Below are positions 51,636-59,359 of a stretch of 64,000 bases of DNA, piece after piece. Made by a program: the position numbers and the translations under genes. The stretch comes from a virus: positions 22,558 through 86,557 of the IMG/VR virus record IMGVR_UViG_3300011268_000517. One strand, written 5' to 3'. Below the pieces are notes generated by a model. It was given only the letters and a program-made list of their open reading frames with translations. It did no database searches and was not told the DNA's origin. Position 1 is the first letter of the stretch. Every line of letters starts with the position of its first letter.

Positions 51636-53069
51636 TTACGCTAGAGCGTAACGATCAGACATAACCACCTTCAACATGATAGCTTCTGGGGTGAAGTTAT
51701 CAGTGTCGCCACCAAGTACGGATACCATGATGGCTGGCGAGAAACCAGACACAAGGGCTACGCCACGAGTGTCATACTTGACTGGCACGTTGTCGTGCGA
51801 ATTCAAGTTCCAGAACACGATCTTTGGCAGATCGTATCCAGCGTCAGTGAACTTGCGTTCGATCATCTTCATTGCTGAGTCATCGAAACGAGCGCAAGCA
51901 TCAAACTGCATGTCTGACATGATCAGAAGAACTTCTGGCATTTCTTCTTGTGGTACGTTACCTTCCTTGGCAACACGAAGGATTTTTTCCATCGCCTTGA
52001 TCAAGTCAGTATTCATACCCCAGTTAGAGTCAACCATTTGCTTAACCTTCTGAACGATGTTACCCTTTAGGTGCAACAGTTCTGGAGAACCAGAGAAAGT
52101 CAGGAATGTATCCTTGAACTTTCCAGTGTTCTTGTCTGCACAGTACAGACCAAGAGAAACTGCAACGTCCAAGCAAGTAGTCTTGCTTGCAGAACCACGA
52201 CCTGCTGGGCAAGTCATAGAACCAGAAACGTCAACCAACGGCAACACGTTAGCGTCACCGATGAAGTTTTCCAGTGCATCCCATTGTGCTTGCAACGCAC
52301 CCAACTCAGTAGAGTTGTACTTGTTGTTATAAGCACCGATAACACCCTTCAACACATCATATGGGTACACAGCACCAGCGTTGATCTTCACGTTCATAGT
52401 GCGATCCTTAGGATCCTTGACCAACTCTGCAACGTACTTTGCGTACTCTTGAGTGTTACGGAAGAATGCCTTCTTGTAACGAGCATGTGCCACAGAAGGT
52501 ACGTGAGAGAAGTTGATTTCGTCCCAGTTCTTAGCGCACATTTCTTGTTCAACGACCTTAGTCAATTCAACAAGAGACTTACGATAAAACTTTGGAGACA
52601 TGCCGAAGAAATTACGGATTTCAACAGCCAACTCACCCTTACGTGGAGTCCACTTAGCAGCCAGACCATTCTTTGCACGCAGGGCATCGCCCAGCATAGT
52701 GAATGCCTTGGACTTCAGCTTGTCGTTCTTCACGACAAAGATGTCATCCCAACGACCGATCTCTGGAACCTTCATCAACAGCTGTGCAGCTGCATCTGGG
52801 TCATGCTTATCCAAGTAAGCAAGAATTTGACGGAACAATTCACGTTCGCCAGCGCCACCACGAGCATCACGAACCCATTGGGCGATACGCAATGCGATGT
52901 CTTTGTTTTCTACGTAAGCAGCAACAAAGTCCTTAGTGATGTCTTTACCACGTGAAGCACCGATTTTGAAAAACAGGTCTACGCATGCAGATGCAGTAGA
53001 CTTGCGAGCCACCATACCATTAGTAGTACGAGTGGATTGATTTTGAACCGCAGAAACAAAAGTGTTCAT
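51636..53069 (-). CDS. DUF2828 family protein (TROVE/Ro60-like helical domain plus vWA)
   Basis: RD.RGG.GERE.F, GRWDD, AKW.PR, MIDAS DVSGS, SDMQFD, FWNL, SGFS motifs; start reassigned to MNTF after SD AGGAG. Confidence 0.82.
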   Translation of the reverse strand: MNTFVSAVQNQSTRTTNGMVARKSTASACVDLFFKIGASRGKDITKDFVAAYVENKDIALRIAQWVRDARGGAGERELFRQILAYLDKHDPDAAAQLLMKVPEIGRWDDIFVVKNDKLKSKAFTMLGDALRAKNGLAAKWTPRKGELAVEIRNFFGMSPKFYRKSLVELTKVVEQEMCAKNWDEINFSHVPSVAHARYKKAFFRNTQEYAKYVAELVKDPKDRTMNVKINAGAVYPYDVLKGVIGAYNNKYNSTELGALQAQWDALENFIGDANVLPLVDVSGSMTCPAGRGSASKTTCLDVAVSLGLYCADKNTGKFKDTFLTFSGSPELLHLKGNIVQKVKQMVDSNWGMNTDLIKAMEKILRVAKEGNVPQEEMPEVLLIMSDMQFDACARFDDSAMKMIERKFTDAGYDLPKIVFWNLNSHDNVPVKYDTRGVALVSGFSPAIMVSVLGGDTDNFTPEAIMLKVVMSDRYALA

Positions 53070-53119
53070 ATGACACTCCTTTACAAATAACAGGCAATAA
53101 AAGCCTAAATCAAAACAAC

Positions 53120-53290
53120 AGGATAGTTTCCTTCTTTTTGTTTCCAGTGAGAAATCGAAACTCACCTTGAGAGAACCGTCACACGATAACCACCTTCAAA
53201 GCCCATACAGGCTCCAGTGATTATCACAGTTCTTTCAGTTCTAAGTGGTGGCATGGAGCCACCAAATAAATTGTTTGCTGAACCTATCCT
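53120..53290 (-). ncRNA. CAGCAA stem-loop RNA copy A (long, contains T-arm-like hairpin)
   Basis: AGGATAG/CTATCCT closing stem, GTTCAGCAA 5' motif, CCTGTTG 3' motif; sigma70 promoter 53303-53331 starts ~6 nt upstream. Confidence 0.6.
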
Positions 53291-53302
53291 AACAAGAGAG
53301 CA

Positions 53303-53331
53303 ATTATACATCAAATATAATTGCAAGTCAA
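53303..53331 (-). promoter_or_regulatory. Sigma70-type promoter
   Basis: TTGACT-N17-TATAAT. Confidence 0.8.
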
Positions 53332-53332
53332 C

Positions 53333-53613
53333 GGGATGATCGGGCTAATCGAGTAGTTTTACTTGAAAACATCGTGCTCCCTTTCGGGCAGATACCCCAC
53401 GAAAAATCATCCGAATTCTCATCGGCTTATCCTGTGTAACAGGCACTAGGTACGCATTCGGGCGTAACTATCTGACTCCTAATAGGGGTCACAAGGCATA
53501 AGAGCATGCAATAGTCTTTACCAACCTAGCCCACAAAATTGACACCTTACGATGTTTTCTCCTGTAGTGGGCTACTCTTAAGTCAGTATTGTTTATACTG
53601 CTGAATTCATCCC
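53333..53613 (-). ncRNA. CAGCAA stem-loop RNA copy B (long)
   Basis: GGGATGA/TCATCCC stem, TTCAGCAG motif, CCCGTTG 3' end; promoter 53626-53654 just upstream. Confidence 0.55.
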
Positions 53614-53625
53614 AACTAAGACATA

Positions 53626-53654
53626 ATTCTACATCAAAACTTCTTGCAAGTCAA
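53626..53654 (-). promoter_or_regulatory. Sigma70-type promoter
   Basis: TTGACT-N17-TAGAAT. Confidence 0.8.
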
Positions 53655-53746
53655 CACTTATTTCAAGAAATTTTAGGAAAAAAAGAGCAGTGTCTCCACT
53701 GCTCGAAATGCATTTCTGCATGATCCCAGTCTAGCTGGTATTCTAT

Positions 53747-54037
53747 TTAGCGTAAATAATCTTTGTCGATTAATCTGTATTTAAGCGATGTTTGTACAAA
53801 TTCTTGAAGAAAATATTCTTTTGTGTTTTGTAATTGTTGATATGCCATTGGCGAGGTGTTTGAACAAACTGCAGATTCTATAAGATCTTCAATTAGTTGA
53901 AACATTCGATTAATATCGTGCTGTTGTTCTTCACACCACATATCTTTGACTTTAGGTCTAGATTCTTTGATCTTTTCCAATTCAATCATTTTTGCACCGC
54001 TCATGATCATACCACTTGGTTGTAGAATTTCTGCCAT
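53747..54037 (-). CDS. Hypothetical protein
   Basis: ORF with SD; hairpin plus U-tract terminator at ~53678-53704 downstream. Confidence 0.55.
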   Translation of the reverse strand: MAEILQPSGMIMSGAKMIELEKIKESRPKVKDMWCEEQQHDINRMFQLIEDLIESAVCSNTSPMAYQQLQNTKEYFLQEFVQTSLKYRLIDKDYLR

Positions 54038-54125
54038 TTTAATTTCCTTTTTTATTGTTGTTATTGAAATTTCAAAGTGAGTTACGCCCTCACCAGCGAT
54101 CTGGTTTTACCCAAAATTCTTTAGA

Positions 54126-54389
54126 TTATCTTGCTGCTGCAGTAACAACAGCGTCAGCTGCTGCTGGTGTACCTTCTGTGATAGGTACGATGTGATCTGC
54201 AGTAGTTAATGACTCTCCGTCGATTTCTTCGCTAATCTTAATAGTTCTATCAAGAATTAGGTCGATGTGATCAGTTGTCATTTCATCTAGGCTAGCATAA
54301 CCTAGAAGTTTGTCTAACAACGAATGTTCGATGGAGATTGTCCCATATTCATGGGTATGTTCTGTGATTGTTTTGACACGCTTGCGCAT
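54126..54389 (-). CDS. Hypothetical protein
   Basis: ORF with SD AGAGG. Confidence 0.55.
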   Translation of the reverse strand: MRKRVKTITEHTHEYGTISIEHSLLDKLLGYASLDEMTTDHIDLILDRTIKISEEIDGESLTTADHIVPITEGTPAAADAVVTAAAR

Positions 54390-54459
54390 AAGTGAGTTCC
54401 TCTTTGTTATTATTATTATTGGGAATGGCTCGTCTGTGCGAACCTAATATTATTTAGAC

Positions 54460-54496
54460 AAAAAAAATCCCTGGAACCGAAATTCCAGGGATTTAA
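54460..54496 (-). terminator. Intrinsic terminator after the YkuK-like gene
   Basis: AAATCCCTGGAA-TTTCGG-TTCCAGGGATTT followed by a T-tract on the minus strand. Confidence 0.75.
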
Positions 54497-54520
54497 TACA
54501 AAAAATTTTAAATTATTTTA

Positions 54521-55003
54521 TCAAGCAACTTTTCTGTTTGCCATAATATGTTTCAATCTGTCTGCGCAGTAAGATGCAGCAAATGCTTGTGGCTTAACCA
54601 TAGGCACTACGTTACACATACCACGAATGTATCCAGTTGCTTCTTGAATAACACAGCTAGACCCATACTTTTCGTTAGGGTTGATGTCTAAGTGGATTTC
54701 GACATCTCTGTCTTCCAACACATCGTGTAGCTTTTGATATAATTCAGCAATCTTGTATACTTCGTTCATTAAACGCATACGTGGTCTGTTCTTCTTTTGA
54801 TCCCAGTCACGTTCACGTTGAACTTCTCCGAAAATCTTACAACCGTGTTTACCGTCAATGTGAACAACAATTGCAAGGGTGTAATCTGCGTACCATTCGT
54901 TACCAATCGGGAATCTTTCAGAATCTCCACCGATGTAGATTTTTGTTTCTGGAGATTGAGCCTCGATGAAAGCCTTTACTTCGTCGATGTCAATACGCTT
55001 CAT
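54521..55003 (-). CDS. RNase H-like protein, YkuK/DUF458 family
   Basis: IYIG.DS, Y...IVVH, RL..EV, EIHLDIN, P.AFAAS..AD. Confidence 0.75.
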   Translation of the reverse strand: MKRIDIDEVKAFIEAQSPETKIYIGGDSERFPIGNEWYADYTLAIVVHIDGKHGCKIFGEVQRERDWDQKKNRPRMRLMNEVYKIAELYQKLHDVLEDRDVEIHLDINPNEKYGSSCVIQEATGYIRGMCNVVPMVKPQAFAASYCADRLKHIMANRKVA

Positions 55004-55033
55004 AATACACCTTCGCTTTCTTTGTTACAAAAC

Positions 55034-55107
55034 TGGAGCGGGTAGGGAGAATCGAACTCCACTCAGCGCAGCTTGGAAGGCTGGCGTCTCACCTCGAGCT
55101 TACCCGC
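55034..55107 (-). tRNA. tRNA-Gly(TCC)
   Basis: CAGC-CTTCCAA-GCTG, T-arm, CCA. Confidence 0.9.
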
Positions 55108-55113
55108 ATAATT

Positions 55114-55189
55114 TGGTGCCCACAGTCGGATTCGAACTGACCACCTACGCATTACTAGTGCGTTGCTCTACCAAATGAGCTATGTGGGC
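55114..55189 (-). tRNA. tRNA-Thr(AGT)
   Basis: ACGCA-CTAGTAA-TGCGT; A34. Confidence 0.92.
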
Positions 55190-55190
55190 T

Positions 55191-55265
55191 TGGTGGAGGA
55201 TAGCGGAATCGAACCGCTGACTCAAGCGTGCAAGGCTAGTGTTTTCCCAATTAGACTAATCCCCC
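55191..55265 (-). tRNA. tRNA-Ala(TGC)
   Basis: G3.U70 pair, loop CTTGCAC. Confidence 0.92.
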
Positions 55266-55416
55266 GAATTTTCTTTCTGTGCAGAACCTAACTTTTCTGC
55301 ATCTTCTGTTGTCATACCACCAGAAGGTTTCTTGCCAAAGATGGCTTCCCAATTATTATTAAATTCTTCCTTGGGAACACTGAATGGTCGTGGAGCAGAA
55401 CCTTTACCACCGTCAC

Positions 55417-55536
55417 TCATCGTCCTTGACCTCTACTCTTCTTGCGAGTCTTTCTCGCTTTATTAAGAGTGCTAGACTTACTTCCATTCTGAGAAGTTTT
55501 CTTGACAACTCTCTGACGTTTGCTATTACCTTTCAT
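55417..55536 (-). CDS. Small basic peptide (39 aa) ending RGQGR
   Basis: MKGNSKRQRVVKKTSQNGSKSSTLNKARKTRKKSRGQGR; SD GAGG; overlaps the next small ORF (MSDGGKGS..., start 55420). Confidence 0.5.
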   Translation of the reverse strand: MKGNSKRQRVVKKTSQNGSKSSTLNKARKTRKKSRGQGR

Positions 55537-55552
55537 GGCTTCCTCTAAAATT

Positions 55553-55628
55553 TGGCTCCCCAGCGTGGGATCGAACCACGGACACCTTGATTAACAGTCA
55601 AGTGCAACTACCGCTGTGCTACTAGGGA
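55553..55628 (-). tRNA. tRNA-Asn(GTT)
   Basis: CTTGA-CTGTTAA-TCAAG. Confidence 0.93.
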
Positions 55629-55635
55629 ATAAAAA

Positions 55636-55712
55636 TGGTGCGGATGGTGAGACTCGAACTCACAAAATTTGGCTTCTAAGACCAACACGTATACCAATTC
55701 CATCACATCCGC
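55636..55712 (-). tRNA. tRNA-Leu(TAG), short variable arm
   Basis: TTGGT-CTTAGAA-GCCAA, ~5-nt variable loop. Confidence 0.88.
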
Positions 55713-55729
55713 ATAATACTACTTATCTA

Positions 55730-55805
55730 TGGTCTCCCTAGAGGGATTTGAACCCCCACCACATGCTCCCAAAGCATGGACGCTACCTGATTACGCCATA
55801 GAGAG
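55730..55805 (-). tRNA. tRNA-Pro(TGG)
   Basis: CATGC-TTTGGGA-GCATG. Confidence 0.9.
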
Positions 55806-56264
55806 ATAATTCTTTACATACTCATCAATTATCGGTTGAACAACATCACGATATTTGCTGTGAACATACTGATGATGTGTCGGACAAAGAGGGACTAGAT
55901 TTTCTGGTCGATTATCAGCATGCACCTCATTATAGTGATGCACCTCAACAATCTTCTCTTCTCCACACACAACACATTTCTTACCATGATAGTGCCAGCA
56001 CGTTGTCTGATACGTATCATCTTTCCAATTGGGATTATTAGTCCCACTTCTAAAGTATGTGTTCGAACACGAATAAGAACAGGTAACACCTTTCTTAGAA
56101 TGCATCGTTCCACACACTGGACATTCTTTTAAATTAACTGGGTTTTTATCACAAGCATTTTCGTGCCGTTTGATATTACCACAGGTAATTGACTTACTAC
56201 AGTGAACACAGGCTATTTTAGTCTGGTTTGCTTTTTGGAGATTCGATAGAGAGTTTGTATTCAT
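55791..56264 (-). CDS. HNH endonuclease within the tRNA array
   Basis: Zn fingers CxxC; C-terminal CVVC...VHH...DNRPENLVPLCPTHH. Confidence 0.82.
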   Translation of the reverse strand: MNTNSLSNLQKANQTKIACVHCSKSITCGNIKRHENACDKNPVNLKECPVCGTMHSKKGVTCSYSCSNTYFRSGTNNPNWKDDTYQTTCWHYHGKKCVVCGEEKIVEVHHYNEVHADNRPENLVPLCPTHHQYVHSKYRDVVQPIIDEYVKNYLSMA

Positions 56265-56315
56265 ACTATTATTTAGTATTTCTCAAACTTCAAACTCCGA
56301 TACTCCGAAAAATCT

Positions 56316-56389
56316 TGGTGCCCCACGACAGAATCGAACTGCCGTATTCGGATTACAAAACCGACGTAATACCATTATACGAGTAGGGC
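56316..56389 (-). tRNA. tRNA-Thr(TGT)
   Basis: TCGG-TTTTGTAAT-CCGA region, anticodon TGT; CCA. Confidence 0.88.
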
Positions 56390-56399
56390 AAAAAACAAC

Positions 56400-56458
56400 A
56401 GGTTAGTTTTTGCGGTTTCAATTACAAGTTGAATGCTTTTGATTGCTGAACCTAACCT
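56400..56458 (-). ncRNA. CAGCAA stem-loop RNA copy C
   Basis: AGGTTAG/CTAACCT stem, GTTCAGCAA, CCTGTTG. Confidence 0.6.
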
Positions 56459-56463
56459 AAAAC

Positions 56464-56537
56464 TGGATGCGGGTGGAGGATTCGAACCTCCGATGCTGCG
56501 AGCTTATGAGACTGCAGTGGTGACCACCCTACCCGCT
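56464..56537 (-). tRNA. tRNA-Met(CAT)-like, degenerate D-arm, mismatched 1:72
   Basis: Loop CTCATAA, canonical T-arm GGAGGTTCGAATCCTCC. Confidence 0.65.
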
Positions 56538-56542
56538 ATAAC

Positions 56543-56618
56543 TGGTACCTCGTGACGGGATCGAACCGCCGACCTTCTCCTTGTAAGGGAGCTACTCATA
56601 CCGCTGAGTTAACGAGGC
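56543..56618 (-). tRNA. tRNA-Val(TAC)
   Basis: CTCC-CTTACAA-GGAG. Confidence 0.92.
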
Positions 56619-56629
56619 ATAAAAACAAC

Positions 56630-56683
56630 AGGATTCGCTTTCTTTTCATTAACAGTGAAATTATATATTGCTGAAAGAATCCT
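56630..56683 (-). ncRNA. CAGCAA stem-loop RNA copy D
   Basis: AGGATTC/GAATCCT stem, TTTCAGCAA, CCTGTTG. Confidence 0.6.
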
Positions 56684-56688
56684 AAAAC

Positions 56689-56763
56689 TGGCGACTCGTG
56701 GGAGAATCGAACTCCCATAATCGGATAGACAATCCGAAGTAATGACCATTATACGAACGAGCC
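56689..56763 (-). tRNA. tRNA-Asp(GTC)
   Basis: TCGGA-TTGTCTA-TCCGA. Confidence 0.92.
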
Positions 56764-56769
56764 AAATTT

Positions 56770-56862
56770 TGGTGGAGGCAGCTGGAGTCGAACCAGCATT
56801 GTTTACCACGAGGGAACGGATTTACAGTCCGCTGCAGAACACGCCATATCTACAATGCCTCC
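56770..56862 (-). tRNA. tRNA-Tyr(GTA)
   Basis: GCGGA-CTGTAAA-TCCGT, long variable arm. Confidence 0.88.
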
Positions 56863-56866
56863 AAAA

Positions 56867-57068
56867 TTTATACAACTGACAACTTATTTGTATCACCAAT
56901 GTTATAGATACCATTCACCGTAATTAAAGCAGCTGCACGGTTTCGGTACGTCAGGGATAGTCACTACTTGGTTGTTGCTAGTTTAGCCTCACTTGCGGAG
57001 ATAACCTCACCACTTCTTGCGGAAGTCGGTTTTCGTAACATCTGACAACAAATTGTCATGTGTATAAA
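56867..57068 (-). ncRNA. Unassigned ~200-nt structured RNA candidate
   Basis: Terminal stem TTTATACA..TGACAA / TTGTCA..TGTATAAA; two GCAA-tetraloop hairpins. Confidence 0.45.
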
Positions 57069-57271
57069 CTTTTTACCAATTGTTAGTGTTGCTACGTTAT
57101 AGACAGCCTTCACCGTACTGTCGTTTGTTTTTAACGCTTCAGCTTATCTCCAATGCGTCCAAAGGATATTCGCTTTCCGATCAACTCCTGATTACAAGTA
57201 TTCGATCATGTAACCACTCAGAGATTCACTATCCTGCGATCACAGGAATTTTCCATAACAACACTAACAAT

Positions 57272-57346
57272 TGGTACTCGGTACGAGAGTCGAACTCGTC
57301 TTCTCAGGTTGAAAACCTGATGTCCTAACCGATAGACGAACCGAGT
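57272..57346 (-). tRNA. tRNA-Glu(TTC)
   Basis: TCAGG-TTTTCAA-CCTGA. Confidence 0.92.
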
Positions 57347-57480
57347 AAAATGGCAGTTTTTTGGATGACTGCCAACCTATCTAAGACCTCATGCATCCGA
57401 CTTCACGTAACGACTTAGAGAGGATTTCAGAACAGAACCTAAATTATACACTAACTATACTTGCTAGTCAACAAGTATTT

Positions 57481-57554
57481 TGGAGTAGGTGACAGGAATC
57501 GAACCTGCTTCCATGGGTTTGCAATCCAGTACCTGTCCAACTGGTTCCACCTAC
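57481..57554 (-). tRNA. tRNA-Cys(GCA)
   Basis: Loop TTGCAAA, discriminator U, CCA. Confidence 0.85.
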
Positions 57555-57561
57555 ATAACTC

Positions 57562-57636
57562 TGGTCTCGCCTGCAGGAATCGAACCCACATTCGTAGGGT
57601 AGAAGCCTACTGTATTATCCGTTATACGAAAGCGAG
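57562..57636 (-). tRNA. tRNA-Arg(TCT)
   Basis: GTAGG-CTTCTAC-CCTAC. Confidence 0.92.
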
Positions 57637-57642
57637 AAATCT

Positions 57643-57725
57643 TGGTGCGGGTAGTCGGACTCGAACCGACAAGCCGAAGCGGCAGATTTTAAGTCTGCTA
57701 TGTTTACCAATTTCACCATACCCGC
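57643..57725 (-). tRNA. tRNA-Leu(TAA)
   Basis: GCAGA-CTTAAAA-TCTGC, class II variable arm. Confidence 0.93.
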
Positions 57726-57763
57726 AGAACCTTTATTATACAACAAAAATCATTACAAGTCAA

Positions 57764-57838
57764 TGGTTGGCTGACTGAGAATTGAACTCAGACTCAACCG
57801 ATTATGAGTCGGCTGCTTTACCATTAAGCTATCAGCCA
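57764..57838 (-). tRNA. tRNA-Met/Ile2(CAT)
   Basis: GCCGA-CTCATAA-TCGGT. Confidence 0.88.
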
Positions 57839-57842
57839 AATC

Positions 57843-57919
57843 TGGTGCGCAAGGAGAGACTCGAACTCTCAGAATCTTGATTTTGAGTCAAGCACGTATA
57901 CCAATTCCGTCACATGCGC
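57843..57919 (-). tRNA. tRNA-Leu(CAA), short variable arm
   Basis: CTTGA-CTCAAAA-TCAAG, ~5-nt variable loop. Confidence 0.88.
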
Positions 57920-57925
57920 AAAAAC

Positions 57926-58019
57926 TGGTACTCCCACTAGGATTCGAACCTAGATCGCTCGCTAATCTGGCGACGGAACTGCGTATAAAGCAGGTGTTTT
58001 ACCATTAAACTATGGGAGC
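57926..58019 (-). tRNA. tRNA-Ile(TAT) with long variable arm
   Basis: CTGC-TTTATAC-GCAG, ~23-nt variable region. Confidence 0.82.
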
Positions 58020-58123
58020 ATGGCTCCGTCTTGCTGATTGTTTTATCTCGTCAGGGGAGAACCACAATCAGCTATTTTAACTCGGGAGAACGGAAGCACC
58101 GAGATTAGTCGTCGACACAACAC

Positions 58124-58211
58124 TGGCAGAGAGTAAGGGATTCGAACCCTTGCGCCCATTTCTGAACGACGGTTTAGCAAACCGCTGGCTTAACCACTCA
58201 CCCAACTCTCT
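58124..58211 (-). tRNA. tRNA-Ser(GCT)
   Basis: GCGGT-TTGCTAA-ACCGT, long variable arm. Confidence 0.92.
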
Positions 58212-58212
58212 A

Positions 58213-58779
58213 TTAACGATTACCGTTCTTGAATCCCACAGTACCACCTTGCTCTTGAATCTTCTTCAAGACGTCCTCAAACAAGATGGGTCTGAAGTCT
58301 GTTTGCTCGACGCATACAGAGTAGTACTGTGGGTCAACTGTAGTAACACCATACTTGTCAGTGACCATAACACGATTGCTGTGCAAGTGTCCATGGATGT
58401 TACAACCAAAACGATACAATTGTTGAGGATGAACAGGAATGTGACTTAACAACACTCCATTCATCACATGGTAACTGCGGATATCTCGGAAGAACGGAGT
58501 GTAGTCTTCCAACCTAAAGATATCGTGGTTACCTTTAATCAAAACCTTATCACCGTTCAAACGATGTAAAGTAGATAAAGCCTTACGGTTGATCACCACA
58601 TCACCTAAGTGGTAGACCTTGTCAGTTGGCTTTACAGTTTCGTTCCACATCTTGATCATGGCTTCGTCCATTTCTTCTGGATTGTCCCATGGTCTCAATT
58701 TAGAACCATCATCACGCAAGAACTTACACACACCAGCGTGACCAAAGTGTGTGTCACTTGTTAAGAATACGCTTGGCAT
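58213..58779 (-). CDS. Metallophosphoesterase within the tRNA array
   Basis: FLTSDTHFGH, YHLGDV, KGNHD, LSHIP, NIHGHLH. Confidence 0.88.
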   Translation of the reverse strand: MPSVFLTSDTHFGHAGVCKFLRDDGSKLRPWDNPEEMDEAMIKMWNETVKPTDKVYHLGDVVINRKALSTLHRLNGDKVLIKGNHDIFRLEDYTPFFRDIRSYHVMNGVLLSHIPVHPQQLYRFGCNIHGHLHSNRVMVTDKYGVTTVDPQYYSVCVEQTDFRPILFEDVLKKIQEQGGTVGFKNGNR

Positions 58780-58806
58780 ATGTTTCTCCATAAAAAAATA
58801 ATCAAC

Positions 58807-58903
58807 AGGCTAGTTTGTTTGCAGTGGGAATTGAACCCACACGGTTTGATTAGAAGTCAAATTGGCGACCATCGCCATGCGTTTTGTTTGCTGTAACTAA
58901 CCT
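58807..58903 (-). ncRNA. CAGCAA stem-loop RNA copy F with embedded anticodon-like and T-arm hairpins
   Basis: AGGTTAG/CTAGCCT stem, TTACAGCAA; internal TTTGA-CTTCTAA-TCAAA and GTGGG-TTCAATT-CCCAC. Confidence 0.6.
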
Positions 58904-59061
58904 AAAAGGGTTTAGAGAGTTCCAACTATCTTTCTCAAGGACTCGTCGGAGTTGTCTCGATTGAGAGAGTTTAAACTACCTTGTGTTGCTACTGGTGTGT
59001 CATGCTCAAGAATAGGGCACTAGCGCACAAGGGACTCATCTCATCGTCTATCTCTAAATTC

Positions 59062-59153
59062 TGGCGGAGAGCAGAGGAGTCGAACCCCATCCCATTTCTG
59101 AGAACCCAGTTTTCAAGGCTGGTCGGCGCACCAACGCACCTGCATTACTCTCC
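59062..59153 (-). tRNA. tRNA-Ser(TGA)
   Basis: CCAG-CCTTGAAAA-CTGG region, anticodon TGA; long variable arm. Confidence 0.88.
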
Positions 59154-59259
59154 ATAAATTGTCTATCCCGATCGGACTTTCACCGACAATATACTAGATA
59201 CGTTAAATCTAGTCTTCCTAATGATACGTGCTTTCTTCACACGAATGACGAGACATATT

Positions 59260-59349
59260 TGGTGGAAGCGGTGAGATTCGAACTCACGGAGCCATTGCTG
59301 ACTCGCTAGTTTTCTAGACTAGTTCCTTAAACCACTCGGACACACTTCC
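59260..59349 (-). tRNA. tRNA-Ser(AGA)
   Basis: CTAGT-CTAGAAA-ACTAG; A34; long variable arm. Confidence 0.9.
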
Positions 59350-59359
59350 ATTAAACAAC

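Noticed and set aside
51676-52955. Plus-strand ORFs over DUF2828
   Set aside because: Antisense shadows.
55278-55295. GCAGAACCTAAC as a ninth CAGCAA copy
   Set aside because: Lies inside a small ORF and has no complementary closing strand.
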